DNA from: Alphaproteobacteria bacterium
Lineage (GTDB): Bacteria > Pseudomonadota > Alphaproteobacteria > Rs-D84
Reading direction: 5' to 3'
NCBI GenBank assembly: GCA_017615655.1
Contig: JAFZZS010000002.1
Location: 195,114-259,113, forward strand
Length of the DNA stretch: 64,000 bases
Shown: positions 48,597 through 59,172 of the stretch, piece after piece
Numbering within the stretch: the first letter of the stretch is position 1
Layout of the letters: each line of letters opens with the position of its first letter
Notes under the pieces: model-generated
The model's input: only the letters and a program-made list of their open reading frames with translations
Told to the model about the DNA's origin: nothing
Database searches by the model: none
Translations under genes and position numbers: made by a program

Positions 48597-49625
48597 ATGG
48601 ATTACATTTATAAGTATCCGGATGTTCGTGATGTTTTGATGGTATTGACTGCAAGTTTATTCAATGGTAACGATTTGTTAAATGAAAATATGGCTCTGCG
48701 TGGTTGGGCTGTTTTGACGTCACGTGATAAACAATCTAGCGAAGATTTGCAAAAATTCTTAGATTTAAATAATGTTAAATTTCAGGCTATTCCCGGGGTG
48801 TTTGGTGATGAAATAAAATTCAAATTTGGTCAAAATGTGAAAATAGATGATACTGTTCAGCAAATGTGTGACGACCGGGCTACGAAACGGGTAAATCAAA
48901 TTCTGTTAACCGCAAAAAATCACAGAATTAAAGCGGCGGAAGAAAATGTGGTAGATACTGAAATCAGTAAACAAGAAATATTAAATCAGTTAAAAGTGGG
49001 CGGGCGCGAAGTTTCCAAAAAGGATGCTGTGGCACGATTAAAAGAGTTAATGCGAGATGTTGGACGTTTGCCATATAAAGAAGAGTCAACACAGCCAGAA
49101 AATCTATTTTATTGCTTCTATTTTGATGAAGATGTATTGGACGAGGCACAAAATTTGATGAATCAAGTTGGAATTCCAACACATAAAAAACGCAATCACG
49201 ATGGTAATGCATACTTATTATATGCTGTCCCAAAGGGGCAATTGTCAGACGAAGTTGTCGACATAGTAAATGAATTTATTGATACAATCATAGAAAAGGA
49301 AAAAAATACTAGGCAGGAAGCACTTGATAAATTAAAAACAATGATAATGAGTGTTAAATACGCTGGATACGAAAATAGACCTGATAAATACTATTATTTC
49401 TATTTTCCGCTGCGCAGTATTTCCGAGGCGAAATCTTTGATGCAAATCTATACTGGGGTTGCCCCAGAAGAGCATATTAGTAATGGAACAGGAATCCAAA
49501 CAACAGTTTTGCGGTACAAAACAGAACCAAAATCCCAAGATGTACAGACATTGGTTGAAGAATTGAAAAAAACGGTTGCGCTGCGGGCAAGTGCGCATCA
49601 CAAAGGTGGTAGGTTTGAAATATAG
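48597..49625 (+). CDS. Hypothetical protein built from three ~100-aa internal repeats
   Basis: Repeat B (LKELMRDVGRLPYKEESTQPENLFYCFYFDE...EAQNLM) is colinear with repeat C (LKTMIMSVKYAGYENRPDKYYYFYFPLRSISEAKSLM). A weaker repeat A lies upstream. GAGGAG RBS. Confidence 0.5.
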   Translation: MDYIYKYPDVRDVLMVLTASLFNGNDLLNENMALRGWAVLTSRDKQSSEDLQKFLDLNNVKFQAIPGVFGDEIKFKFGQNVKIDDTVQQMCDDRATKRVNQILLTAKNHRIKAAEENVVDTEISKQEILNQLKVGGREVSKKDAVARLKELMRDVGRLPYKEESTQPENLFYCFYFDEDVLDEAQNLMNQVGIPTHKKRNHDGNAYLLYAVPKGQLSDEVVDIVNEFIDTIIEKEKNTRQEALDKLKTMIMSVKYAGYENRPDKYYYFYFPLRSISEAKSLMQIYTGVAPEEHISNGTGIQTTVLRYKTEPKSQDVQTLVEELKKTVALRASAHHKGGRFEI

Positions 49626-49696
49626 AATTCTTTTTAATTGAATTTGGCTTTGTATTTTTGATAAAATCCCCGATTGGAAACCAAAAGGGGATTTTT

Positions 49697-50083
49697 ATGT
49701 ATGATTCAAATAATATTTTTGCAAAGATAATTCGTGGTGAGATTCCATCAAAAAAAGTTGTCGAAAACGAATATGCAATATCTTTTTATGATGTTAACCC
49801 AATGTGTGAAAAACATGTGCTGATTGTGCCACGTGGTGAATACGAGAATATTCTTGATTTTGCAAAAAACGCATCCGCAGCCGAACAGGCGGGTTTTTGG
49901 GATTGCTTTGTTAAGACTGCTGCGGCACTTGGGGTTGATGGTGAATTTAATGTGTTTGCAAATGCGGGGTTATCGGCACCACTTTTCAACCAAAGTGTGT
50001 TCCATTTTCACCTGCATTTGATTGCTGGTGAAAAAACATCTGCATGCATAACGCTTATGAAGGATATGTTATGCGAAAAATAA
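49697..50083 (+). CDS. HIT-family (histidine triad) nucleotide hydrolase
   Basis: IFAKIIRGEIP N-terminus and the HFHLHLI triad motif. Confidence 0.85.
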   Translation: MYDSNNIFAKIIRGEIPSKKVVENEYAISFYDVNPMCEKHVLIVPRGEYENILDFAKNASAAEQAGFWDCFVKTAAALGVDGEFNVFANAGLSAPLFNQSVFHFHLHLIAGEKTSACITLMKDMLCEK

Positions 50084-50295
50084 ATGTGCGGGTAATTCCG
50101 CGCGCCCGTCAGAATAAAATAGATATTGATGAAAATGGTGTTTATCGGGTGCATATAACCGCTGCACCAGTTGATGGCGCGGCAAATGTTGCGGTTATTA
50201 AAATGATGGCGGAATACTTTGGGGTACCAAAATCGCAGATAAAAATCATTCGTGGTGAAACATCACGTGATAAAATTATCGAAATTCCCGGATAA
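50071..50295 (+). CDS. yggU: DUF167/YggU-family protein
   Basis: VRVIPRARQNKID...VHITAAPVDGAANVAVIKMMAEYFGVPKSQIKIIRGETSRDKIIEI is colinear with UPF0235. AAGGA RBS. Confidence 0.75.
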   Translation: MRKINVRVIPRARQNKIDIDENGVYRVHITAAPVDGAANVAVIKMMAEYFGVPKSQIKIIRGETSRDKIIEIPG

Positions 50296-50297
50296 AA

Positions 50298-50855
50298 TTA
50301 TTTATTGTAATTTGTAATTTGTTTAAATAATTCTTCGGGGGTGTCCGCCACATGAACGTGGTAATCGTCGACACTTTCGATAAAACCATTGTCTTGCATA
50401 GTTAAAAATACACGTGAAAAAGATTCCCAAAATTTCGCGGTGTTCATAAAGAATAATGGCTTTGCGGACTCACCGATTTGCTGCATGGTTAAAATATCAG
50501 TAAACTCATTTAGGGTTCCAATACCCCCTGGTAATATAATAAACCCATCAGATAATTCATACATTCTTTGTTTACGCTCGTTAACTCCGCTGACAACCTC
50601 TACCGCGATTTCATCATGTGCGGGTTCTTGTTTGGCAACAACATTATGGGTTGTTACACCAAGGACAAGACCGCCATTACGCAATGCGGATGTCGCCGTT
50701 GCGCCCATCAGACCAACATTGCCACCACCAAATATCATACGAATTTTATTACGTGCTAATAATTCGCCAACACGAACTGCATCACGTTCAAATTGGGGAT
50801 TAGTTCCAAATTCGTGTCCGCAATATACCGCCAAAGAATTTAATTTATGTGCCAT
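50298..50855 (-). CDS. LOG-family protein (TIGR00730; cytokinin riboside 5'-monophosphate phosphoribohydrolase-like)
   Basis: AVYCGHEFG...MIFGGGNVGLMGATA...ILPGGIGTLNEF (the PGGxGTxxE motif). Confidence 0.8.
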   Translation of the reverse strand: MAHKLNSLAVYCGHEFGTNPQFERDAVRVGELLARNKIRMIFGGGNVGLMGATATSALRNGGLVLGVTTHNVVAKQEPAHDEIAVEVVSGVNERKQRMYELSDGFIILPGGIGTLNEFTDILTMQQIGESAKPLFFMNTAKFWESFSRVFLTMQDNGFIESVDDYHVHVADTPEELFKQITNYNK

Positions 50856-50901
50856 ATTTTTCCCTTTATTTTTCAGAATTATAGCATAAAATGTTCTGGT
50901 T

Positions 50902-51885
50902 ATGAACAAAAACTTTGTCGATTTTATGGATAGATACCGCGGTCAAAAAATGGCCGTTGGTGTCAGTGGCGGTGTTGATTCTGTTGCATTGTTACACTGG
51001 TTGGTTGAAATGGGTATGGATGTAGTTTGTTTACATGTAAATCACTGTTTGCGGGCTGCCGCTGATACCGAGGCCACATATGTTCAAGATTTATGCAAGA
51101 AATTAAATGTTCCATGTCATATTTTCCGGTGGTGTGGTGAAAAGCCGGATACAGGAATCGAGGATGCCGCGCGCCTTGCACGATATAAATTCATGACAGA
51201 CTTTTGTCATGAAAATAACATTAAATATATTGTCACTGCTCACCAAGCTGATGATCAAATTGAAACTTTCTGGATGAATCTTGCCAGGGGCAGTGGGGTT
51301 TATGGGCTTGCCGCGATGCGAGGTGTTGGAATGAACGATGGGGTTACTATTTTACGACCGTTGTTGAATGTATTTAGAATGGAATTGAAAAAGTATTGTG
51401 ATGATAACAAAATTAAGTATTTTTCCGATGAAATGAATGATGATCCGCATTATACCCGGGTAAAAATCCGACAAAATCGTCACATGCTTCAGGATGCTAT
51501 TGGGGTATCTGATGAGCGTATGTTGCTTGCTATCCAGAATCTTGGGCGTGTGCGGACAAGTTTGGAAAAAAATGTGGCATATTTGGTGCGTCGGGTTATG
51601 AAAAATAATTATGCGTTGTTCGATGACACTTTTCTGTTTGACCTTGGACCTGATATTAGGCTAAAGTTTCTTGGTAGCATTATTCAAAAAATTGGGGGGG
51701 GCAGATATCAGGCGCGCTTGAATTCTTTATCTGGGGCACTAAGTAAATTACGTGCAGATTGTAAATTTACACTTGGACATTGCACAGTAAGACGCCTGCG
51801 TGGTCAAATCTTGATTGTTCCCGAAGGTGAAAAAACAAGTTTTAGAAAAAGAAATGGGAAAAGATATGTTAAACAAAAAAAATAA
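50902..51885 (+). CDS. tilS: tRNA(Ile)-lysidine synthetase (short form, 327 aa)
   Basis: PP-loop VGVSGGVDSVALLHWL and the TilS N-domain. Lacks the long C-terminal domain found in E. coli TilS. Confidence 0.8.
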   Translation: MNKNFVDFMDRYRGQKMAVGVSGGVDSVALLHWLVEMGMDVVCLHVNHCLRAAADTEATYVQDLCKKLNVPCHIFRWCGEKPDTGIEDAARLARYKFMTDFCHENNIKYIVTAHQADDQIETFWMNLARGSGVYGLAAMRGVGMNDGVTILRPLLNVFRMELKKYCDDNKIKYFSDEMNDDPHYTRVKIRQNRHMLQDAIGVSDERMLLAIQNLGRVRTSLEKNVAYLVRRVMKNNYALFDDTFLFDLGPDIRLKFLGSIIQKIGGGRYQARLNSLSGALSKLRADCKFTLGHCTVRRLRGQILIVPEGEKTSFRKRNGKRYVKQKK

Positions 51886-53728
51886 ATCGTGGAATAATTC
51901 AACAATTTTTCTTGTTTTATTTGCTGGTCTGTTTGCGGTTGTGATTGGGCACGCATTTATGGCGCATAATGCGGAAACAGTTACCTCTGATGGTGTGGTG
52001 GTTTCGACGGAACCTGTAAAGTTATCTTTTTCTGATGTGTTGCGTCGCGCCCACGACATAAAAACAATGAATATTCGCGGTGATAATGCCACAGGTGTTA
52101 TGAATGATGGAACGAAATACACCGCTGTTATGGTGTATAATCCGGAATTGTTGGAAAAATTTTCTAATGACGGAACCGCAGTTTCAATAGATACATCGCG
52201 TGGTTGGGTGGGATACCTTGAAACATGGGTTCCAATTCTGATGGGTGTGTTATTTATTTTGTGGATTTTCCGTGGCATGCGTGGTGCAGGGGGTGGTATA
52301 GGACGCGCGTTGTTGGGGCAAAATCCAACCAAGATTGTGACTGGAAAGCCCAAGACCACGTTCAAAGATGTTGCAGGTATAGATTCAGAAAAGCAGGAAT
52401 TGATGGAGGTTGTAGATTTTCTGCGTGATAAATCTAAATTTGCGGCGCTGGGTGCACGTGTTCCACGTGGTATACTGCTTTCTGGAGAACCGGGAACCGG
52501 AAAGACATTATTGGCGCGCGCCATTGCGGGCGAGGCGAATGTACCGTTCTTTGCGGCATCGGGCAGTGATTTTTCTGGTATTATCGTGGGTCTTGGCGTT
52601 GCAAAAATTAAAGAAATATTTGAAATGGCAAAACGGAATGCTCCGTGCTTGCTGTTCATAGATGAAATTGACGCAATTGGGCAAAGACGCAGTCAAAATT
52701 CATATAATGATCAAGACCGTGAACAAACACTGAATCAATTATTGATTGAAATGGACGGTTTCTCGAATGAAACTGGAATAATCGTTATTGGTGCAACGAA
52801 TCGTCAAGATATGTTAGACCCAGCGTTGTTGCGCCCGGGTCGTTTTGATAGGCAGGTCTATATCGAGTTGCCCGATATGAATGGTCGACGCGAGATTTTG
52901 GAATTGCACGCAAAAAAAATTAAAATGGAAAAGGACGTGAACCTTGGAGATTTAGCGCGTGGAACGACCGGATTTTCGGGGGCGGATTTGGAAAACCTGT
53001 TAAACGAATCTGCATTGCATGCAGTACGGGCAGGACACAAGTTGGTTAACCAGGAAGATATAGAAGAGGCACGTGATAAATTGATGATGGGGCCACGCAA
53101 GTTCCGTAAAATGCGTCCAGAAGATATTAAATTGACCGCCTATCACGAAGCGGGCCACGCATTTGTTAGTACAATTTATTCTGATGTTACAGACCCAATT
53201 CACAAAGCGACAATTATTCCGCGTGGACGTGCGTTGGGTATGGTTCAGCATCTGCCCCTAGATGATAAAGTGTCAATGTCCATTGCTGAAGTGCGTGCGA
53301 CTTTGGCTATTGAAATGGCTGGTCGTGCGTCCGAGGAAGTTTTCTTTGGCCCCGATAAAATTACCACTGGTGCCGAGGCTGATATTGCGATGGCGACGCG
53401 TCTTGCACGGCGTTCTATTACAACCGCGGGTATGTCTAGTAAGATCGGTATGGTTGCGGTAAATCAGGTACAAAATTTTGGACACAGACTACCGTTGGAA
53501 AGTGCGTCTGAGAAAACTGCGGAAAAAGTTGATGCAGAAATCAAAGAATGGACTGATAATGCATATCGTGATGCAGTAAAAATTATTAGTAAAAATAAAT
53601 CTGTTGTAAAAAAGTTAGCCGAAGAATTGTTGGAACGCGAAACACTTACAGGTGAAGAAATCAAGGAAATTGTTTTGGGCAAGAAGGCAAAATCTGTAAC
53701 TAAAAAGAAAAAAGTTGCCAGAAAATAA
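51866..53728 (+). CDS. ftsH: ATP-dependent zinc metalloprotease FtsH
   Basis: Two N-terminal TM helices, AAA+ Walker A GEPGTGKTLLARAIAGEA, SRH, and the HEAGHA zinc site. An alternative start at ATG 51854 is possible. Confidence 0.95.
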   Translation: MLNKKNKSWNNSTIFLVLFAGLFAVVIGHAFMAHNAETVTSDGVVVSTEPVKLSFSDVLRRAHDIKTMNIRGDNATGVMNDGTKYTAVMVYNPELLEKFSNDGTAVSIDTSRGWVGYLETWVPILMGVLFILWIFRGMRGAGGGIGRALLGQNPTKIVTGKPKTTFKDVAGIDSEKQELMEVVDFLRDKSKFAALGARVPRGILLSGEPGTGKTLLARAIAGEANVPFFAASGSDFSGIIVGLGVAKIKEIFEMAKRNAPCLLFIDEIDAIGQRRSQNSYNDQDREQTLNQLLIEMDGFSNETGIIVIGATNRQDMLDPALLRPGRFDRQVYIELPDMNGRREILELHAKKIKMEKDVNLGDLARGTTGFSGADLENLLNESALHAVRAGHKLVNQEDIEEARDKLMMGPRKFRKMRPEDIKLTAYHEAGHAFVSTIYSDVTDPIHKATIIPRGRALGMVQHLPLDDKVSMSIAEVRATLAIEMAGRASEEVFFGPDKITTGAEADIAMATRLARRSITTAGMSSKIGMVAVNQVQNFGHRLPLESASEKTAEKVDAEIKEWTDNAYRDAVKIISKNKSVVKKLAEELLERETLTGEEIKEIVLGKKAKSVTKKKKVARK

Positions 53729-53744
53729 ATTTGAAATCTTTCGT

Positions 53745-54353
53745 ATGCCACCAGAAAACACCAATTCGGTTTTGGTGACATCAGGTGGGCATTGTGTAAT
53801 ATTTGATGCGTGGGGTCGTGCAGACGATTGGGACAACATATTAAAAAATCGTGGGTTGCAACTTGCCGCAATTTATTCAACCCATGGACACAGTGATCAT
53901 ATTTCGGCGGCACCGGAATTGGCACGTCGGCATAATGTTCCATGGTTTCTGAAAAAAGAAGATTTATCTTTGATACTTTGGGGAAATCAGATACTGGATT
54001 TTTGGGAGTTACCGCATATTTCCGATAATTTTATACAACCACAGGATTTGAATGCAGGAAAGGTTAAAATCCTGAATGACATAGATATGGAGGTTATATT
54101 ATCCCCTGGACATTCACGTGGTGGTGTTATGTTTTATTTTCCAGAATATAAGATACTTTTAACGGGTGATACAATTTTTCATGACAGTATAGGACGTAAT
54201 GATTTGCCAGGTGGCGATATCGCGCAATTACAAGAATCTATATCGAATTTAATTGGGCGCGATTTACCAGATGACACATATGTTGTTCATGGACACGGCG
54301 AAGATTCAATGATTGGGACATTGAAAAAATGTAACCCGTATTTCAAAGCGTAA
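53745..54353 (+). CDS. MBL-fold metallo-hydrolase (glyoxalase II-like)
   Basis: STHGHSDHISAAPEL is an HxHxDH motif; further H/D ligands lie downstream. Confidence 0.75.
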   Translation: MPPENTNSVLVTSGGHCVIFDAWGRADDWDNILKNRGLQLAAIYSTHGHSDHISAAPELARRHNVPWFLKKEDLSLILWGNQILDFWELPHISDNFIQPQDLNAGKVKILNDIDMEVILSPGHSRGGVMFYFPEYKILLTGDTIFHDSIGRNDLPGGDIAQLQESISNLIGRDLPDDTYVVHGHGEDSMIGTLKKCNPYFKA

Positions 54354-55107
54354 ATATTAATACGCGTTTTATACCGCCAAGGTCTGATTCGCCGCGAACA
54401 AATTTCCAACCATGTGATATAAATATTTTCTTTACGGCATTATATTGTCCCATGCCGATTTCAAGATATATTTTCCCGGTTTTCTTTATCCAATTTTTTG
54501 CATTGGTTGCAATTTGTTCATATGCGGCAAGGCCATTATTTTTCGCATAAAGTGCAATTTTAGGATCGTGCATTGCACTAGCATTGACCCTATTATCACC
54601 ATATGCAATGTATGGCGGGTTGGATACAATAATATCAAACTTTTCTGTTGTTAGATTTTTATTTGCAAAAGATTGATGTACTAGATCTATTTTTTTATTC
54701 AATTTCAGATTTGTTACATTACGTTGCGCAACGCGCAATGCTCTGCGGGATGTGTCAATTCCCAGTCCTGTTGAATTTTGTATATTTTTTACAAGTGCGA
54801 TAATTATGCAACCTGTGCCCGTTCCAAGATCCAGTATTCTGGGGCGCTGTGGATTATCTGATATAACCGCAGCGACTAATGTTTCCGTATCTGGTCTGGG
54901 ATCCAGTGTATATTTATTTGTGTAAAATGGCAGTCCATAAAACCATTTTTTATGAATTAATTTGGCCACAGGCACACCATGTCGTAATTTATGTGCGAAA
55001 TAATACACACGCCACCATGGCAAATATTTTATGTTATCTGTGATAATTCGGGCGGTTCGAATATCCCCCGCGTTTTTTAAAAGGTCAAATGCTTGATTTA
55101 TTGTCAT
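54343..55107 (-). CDS. prmC: Release-factor glutamine N5-methyltransferase PrmC (HemK)
   Basis: SAM motif LDLGTGTGCI and the catalytic IVSNPPYI. Confidence 0.85.
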   Translation of the reverse strand: MTINQAFDLLKNAGDIRTARIITDNIKYLPWWRVYYFAHKLRHGVPVAKLIHKKWFYGLPFYTNKYTLDPRPDTETLVAAVISDNPQRPRILDLGTGTGCIIIALVKNIQNSTGLGIDTSRRALRVAQRNVTNLKLNKKIDLVHQSFANKNLTTEKFDIIVSNPPYIAYGDNRVNASAMHDPKIALYAKNNGLAAYEQIATNAKNWIKKTGKIYLEIGMGQYNAVKKIFISHGWKFVRGESDLGGIKRVLIFTL

Positions 55108-55119
55108 AAAACTATTATA

Positions 55120-56397
55120 ATGGACGCCATGGAAAAAGCAAAAAATATTATTTTGTCACGCAAAGTTGTGCGTGCTGTTTTGTGGCTGGCGGGGGTTCTT
55201 GCCATTGTTGCAGTTGTTGGGGTTTTGGTGTTTTCTGGCGGACGTACTGATAGTGGCGATACTGATTTGGTTTCAGATAATACAACTGTGGTTCAGGTCG
55301 CCGCAGGGGACACTTTGTCAAAAATTCTTGCAGATAAAGGTTTTTCGGGCGCAGATATAAATAAGATTGCTGATATTTTAAAAACCAAGGCAAATATAAC
55401 GGGGTTACGCGCCGATAAAGATAAAATTGAATTTACTCGTGATGGTGGACCTGATACCCCTATAACAAAAATAACACTTTTGCCGGGGCCATGGCGTCGT
55501 GTGGAATTAACCTGTGATGACGGTGGCGTTTGGAATTGTAACGCAATTGATATAGAACGTGATACACGTCTTGTTTATCGTCAGGGCGAGATTTTGGATG
55601 GTGATAGTTTTTATCTTGCCGGGATGCGTGCCGATATTCCCGCGGGAATTTTGGCAGATGTTTATGATTTGTTAGCATTCGAAATGGATTTTGAACGCGA
55701 TGTTCGGGCTGGTCAAAAATTTTCGGTGGTTTTTGAAGAAAACTACTCTAATAACAAAAAAATTGATAATGGTTCAGTAATTGCAGTGTCTTTTGATGCT
55801 TTGCGCGGAAATGTTAAAATGTACCGATACAGAAAGTCAGATAAGATAGTTGGTTATTATGATCCGGATGGTAACGGTGCTATTAAATCTTTAAAACGTA
55901 CGCCGATAAATAATGCCAAGGTTACCAGTAGTTTTTCTACGCGCCGCAAACATCCGGTCCTTGGGTTCACACGTGCGCACAAAGGGGTTGATTTTCGTGC
56001 ATCCACAGGAACACCAATTCCAGCAGCGGGCGCAGGGCGTGTCGTCGCGCGCGGATTTAATCGTGGTCATGGTAATTTTGTTAAGATTCGGCATAATAAA
56101 ACATTTGAAACGCTTTATGCACATATGTCAAAGTTTGCTAAAAATGTAAATGTTGGAACTGCGGTAAGACAGGGCCAAACCATTGGATATGTTGGTTCAA
56201 CGGGGTTGTCAACGGGACCGCATTTGCATTATGAGGTCATTAAAGATGGCAAACATGTAAATCCGTTGACGGTTAAATTACCGGCTATAGATAATTTGGA
56301 TGCAACCAATAAAAAGAAGTTTTTGGAATATCGAAAAACTTTGGACAAAGCCATAGAAGAATTGGTCAAAAATCCAAAATTATTTATTCAAATGTAA
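55120..56397 (+). CDS. M23-family (LytM-domain) peptidase, membrane anchored
   Basis: N-terminal TM helix and a C-terminal LytM domain (HKGVDFRAS...GHGNFVKIRH...HLHYEV). Confidence 0.85.
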   Translation: MDAMEKAKNIILSRKVVRAVLWLAGVLAIVAVVGVLVFSGGRTDSGDTDLVSDNTTVVQVAAGDTLSKILADKGFSGADINKIADILKTKANITGLRADKDKIEFTRDGGPDTPITKITLLPGPWRRVELTCDDGGVWNCNAIDIERDTRLVYRQGEILDGDSFYLAGMRADIPAGILADVYDLLAFEMDFERDVRAGQKFSVVFEENYSNNKKIDNGSVIAVSFDALRGNVKMYRYRKSDKIVGYYDPDGNGAIKSLKRTPINNAKVTSSFSTRRKHPVLGFTRAHKGVDFRASTGTPIPAAGAGRVVARGFNRGHGNFVKIRHNKTFETLYAHMSKFAKNVNVGTAVRQGQTIGYVGSTGLSTGPHLHYEVIKDGKHVNPLTVKLPAIDNLDATNKKKFLEYRKTLDKAIEELVKNPKLFIQM

Positions 56398-56403
56398 TTG
56401 ATT

Positions 56404-59172
56404 TTATTTACCCCAGAATGGTGCAATGACATAATCCGCGCGCAACGGAACAGAAATAGTTGTTGCATTTTCCATAATGTTTTTGATTTTTTCTGCGAAG
56501 TCTTGAGCCAAGTTTTTATCACATTCAAAAACCATTTCATCATGAACCTGCATAATAAGTTTTATTTTGTCGTGGTTTGGAACGACTATTTCATTATATG
56601 TTTTTATCATGGCAAGGCGCATTAAATCTGCTTCGAACCCCTGAATTGGCGCATTGATTGCGGCACGCATCGCGTATGCACGCATACGTGGATTCTTGGC
56701 TTCGGGCAATTCGATTCGCCGTCCCCATGGTGTGTAAACGCAGGCATGCTCGGATGCGTATTTTTTTACAGAATCTATATAGTCTTTGATTTCTGGTAAT
56801 CCAGCGAGGTAGGAGTCTATGATTTCTTGGGCTTTGGTACGTGACATATTTAATTGTGCGGCCAACCCAAAGGATGAAATTCCATATATAATTGAAAAGT
56901 TTACTGTTTTGGCAGCACGACGTAAGTCTTTTGGTACGATTGTGGATTCTGGGATGTTGAAAATTTTGCGCGCGGTCTGTTCATGAATGTCATGACCTGC
57001 GATAAACGTATCTTTGAATGTCTTGATGTTTGCTACATCGGCCAGCAGGCGTAACTGAATCTGGGAATAATCGGCGGCGATAAGTACGCGTCCCGATGGT
57101 GCAACAAAACATCTACGTATTTCTTCGCCTAGGTTAGTTTTTATTGGAATATTTTGCAGATTGGGGTCACGACTGGACAGACGACCTGTATTTGTACTTG
57201 TTTGTAAGTATGTAGTGTGTATGCGCCCATCTGCTCCTATCTGATGGGGCAGGGAATCCGCATAAGTTCCAGCAAGTTTCGCAATTGAACGCCAATTTAG
57301 TATTTTTTCAATAATTGGGTGATTGTCTATTAATTCATTTAATGTGTCGGCATCCGTAGAACGTTTTCTGTTTTCGGGCAAATGCATTTCATCAAAAAGC
57401 ACGGTTGCCAATTGCTTTGGACTGGCGATATTAAATTCGTGTCCTGTCATTTCCCAAATCTCGTTGCTTATGTCAGTAAGTTGTTGGTGAAATACACCAG
57501 ACAATTGGTTAAGGCGCGCACGATCAACCAAAACGCCGGCCCGTTCCATCATGGTAAGTACCATAAGCAGTGGGCGATCACATTTATCGTATAAATCAGC
57601 CAGTTTTTTGTTTGAATCTAATTTTGGGCGCATGTGTTTATAAAGGGCCATTGTAACAGCGGCATCTTCGGCGGCATATGGATAGGCCTTGTCAATGGGT
57701 AATATATCAAAGTGCATATCAGCATCGCGCGTTTTTGGTGGAAATAATGATGCAAAAGTTATGTTGTTGTGATTAAGGTATTTTACCGCCAGTTCATCCA
57801 AGCTGTGTGAATGCAGGGTTCCGTTTAATGCGTACGATATCAACATAGTATCATCAATTGGTGATATTTGTTCTATGTCCCAGCCTTCATTTGCCATGAT
57901 ATGCAGGTCGAATTTTATATTATGTCCGACCTTGGTAATTTTTTTATTGGTCAGTATTGGCCATATTTTTTTATATAGGTCTTTTACAGAAATTTGGTTG
58001 GGTGCCATTTGTGTATTACCGAACAAATCTGCGGTACCTGTTTGATGGCGCAGGGGAATATATACCCCGTGGTCAGAATTTATTGATAAAGACATGCCGA
58101 CCATCTTGTCGTTTTCTTGGTTCAGACCAGTTGTCTCGGTATCCAATGCAATTACATCGCGGACATTCGCCAAAAAATTTTCAAGTTCGGGTATGGTTGA
58201 AATTTTACTAAACGTCATGTTAAGTTCATTTTTTGGGGTGACACTGGTTACAGGGATTTCTGTTGGGCAAACAGAACCCGGAAAATCAAATGCCGGCGTT
58301 GTGTCACATCTTTTTGCGTCTGCAAACGTACGTGATATCTTGTCATATAAAGAATTACTTTCCAATTCGTTACGAACAAATGCCAAGGCCCCATCGCGAT
58401 TAAAACAAAACGGTGCAATGGAAAGTCCTGATAAATCAACATCGCGTTTCAGCGTTACAAGTTGTTTAGATATATATGCCATATCGTGTGCATCACGTAA
58501 CATGTTGCGGGTTCGTTCATTTTTTATCTTGTCAATATTTGCATATAAATTATCCAGTGTACCAAATTCATTGATAAGTTCAGCGGCTTTCTTGGGACCG
58601 ATTCCGCGAACACCGGGGACATTATCTGACGAATCGCCCATCAGTGATTGGACATCAATAACTTGTTCTGGGGTGACACCAAATTTTTCTAAAACTTCGG
58701 TGCGACCTATGGTTTTTTGCTTCATGCCATCATACAGGTATATGCAATCAGATACTAATTGCATTAAATCTTTGTCGCCGGTCATAATGCGTGTTTTATC
58801 GGCAATTTGACAACTCTGTGTGGCAAGTGTTGCGATAACATCGTCTGCTTCGACACCGGGAATGCATAGAACCGGAACCCCCATTTCACCAAGTGCACGT
58901 TGCACCATTATTGATTGTGATATTAAATCAGCAGGTGTTTCATCACGGTTTGCCTTATATTCTGGATATATTTTTTGGCGAAATGTTTGACGTGATGCAT
59001 CAAATACACATACAAATTTGTCGTTTGGTTTTGCCGCCGCAAACACTGGCAACATCATGTTAAGGAACGTATACACCGCACCAGTAGGGGTGCCATCAGA
59101 TCGCGTAAGTCTACTGTGAACACCATAATATGCACGGAATAAAATTGAGTTTCCATCAATCAGTGTCAGCAT
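56404..59172 (-). CDS. polA: DNA polymerase I
   Basis: 5'-3' exonuclease N-domain, 3'-5' exo/Klenow linker, and the polymerase motifs (DYSQIQLRLLA, RRAAKTVNFSIIYG, QVHDE); 922 aa. Confidence 0.95.
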   Translation of the reverse strand: MLTLIDGNSILFRAYYGVHSRLTRSDGTPTGAVYTFLNMMLPVFAAAKPNDKFVCVFDASRQTFRQKIYPEYKANRDETPADLISQSIMVQRALGEMGVPVLCIPGVEADDVIATLATQSCQIADKTRIMTGDKDLMQLVSDCIYLYDGMKQKTIGRTEVLEKFGVTPEQVIDVQSLMGDSSDNVPGVRGIGPKKAAELINEFGTLDNLYANIDKIKNERTRNMLRDAHDMAYISKQLVTLKRDVDLSGLSIAPFCFNRDGALAFVRNELESNSLYDKISRTFADAKRCDTTPAFDFPGSVCPTEIPVTSVTPKNELNMTFSKISTIPELENFLANVRDVIALDTETTGLNQENDKMVGMSLSINSDHGVYIPLRHQTGTADLFGNTQMAPNQISVKDLYKKIWPILTNKKITKVGHNIKFDLHIMANEGWDIEQISPIDDTMLISYALNGTLHSHSLDELAVKYLNHNNITFASLFPPKTRDADMHFDILPIDKAYPYAAEDAAVTMALYKHMRPKLDSNKKLADLYDKCDRPLLMVLTMMERAGVLVDRARLNQLSGVFHQQLTDISNEIWEMTGHEFNIASPKQLATVLFDEMHLPENRKRSTDADTLNELIDNHPIIEKILNWRSIAKLAGTYADSLPHQIGADGRIHTTYLQTSTNTGRLSSRDPNLQNIPIKTNLGEEIRRCFVAPSGRVLIAADYSQIQLRLLADVANIKTFKDTFIAGHDIHEQTARKIFNIPESTIVPKDLRRAAKTVNFSIIYGISSFGLAAQLNMSRTKAQEIIDSYLAGLPEIKDYIDSVKKYASEHACVYTPWGRRIELPEAKNPRMRAYAMRAAINAPIQGFEADLMRLAMIKTYNEIVVPNHDKIKLIMQVHDEMVFECDKNLAQDFAEKIKNIMENATTISVPLRADYVIAPFWGK

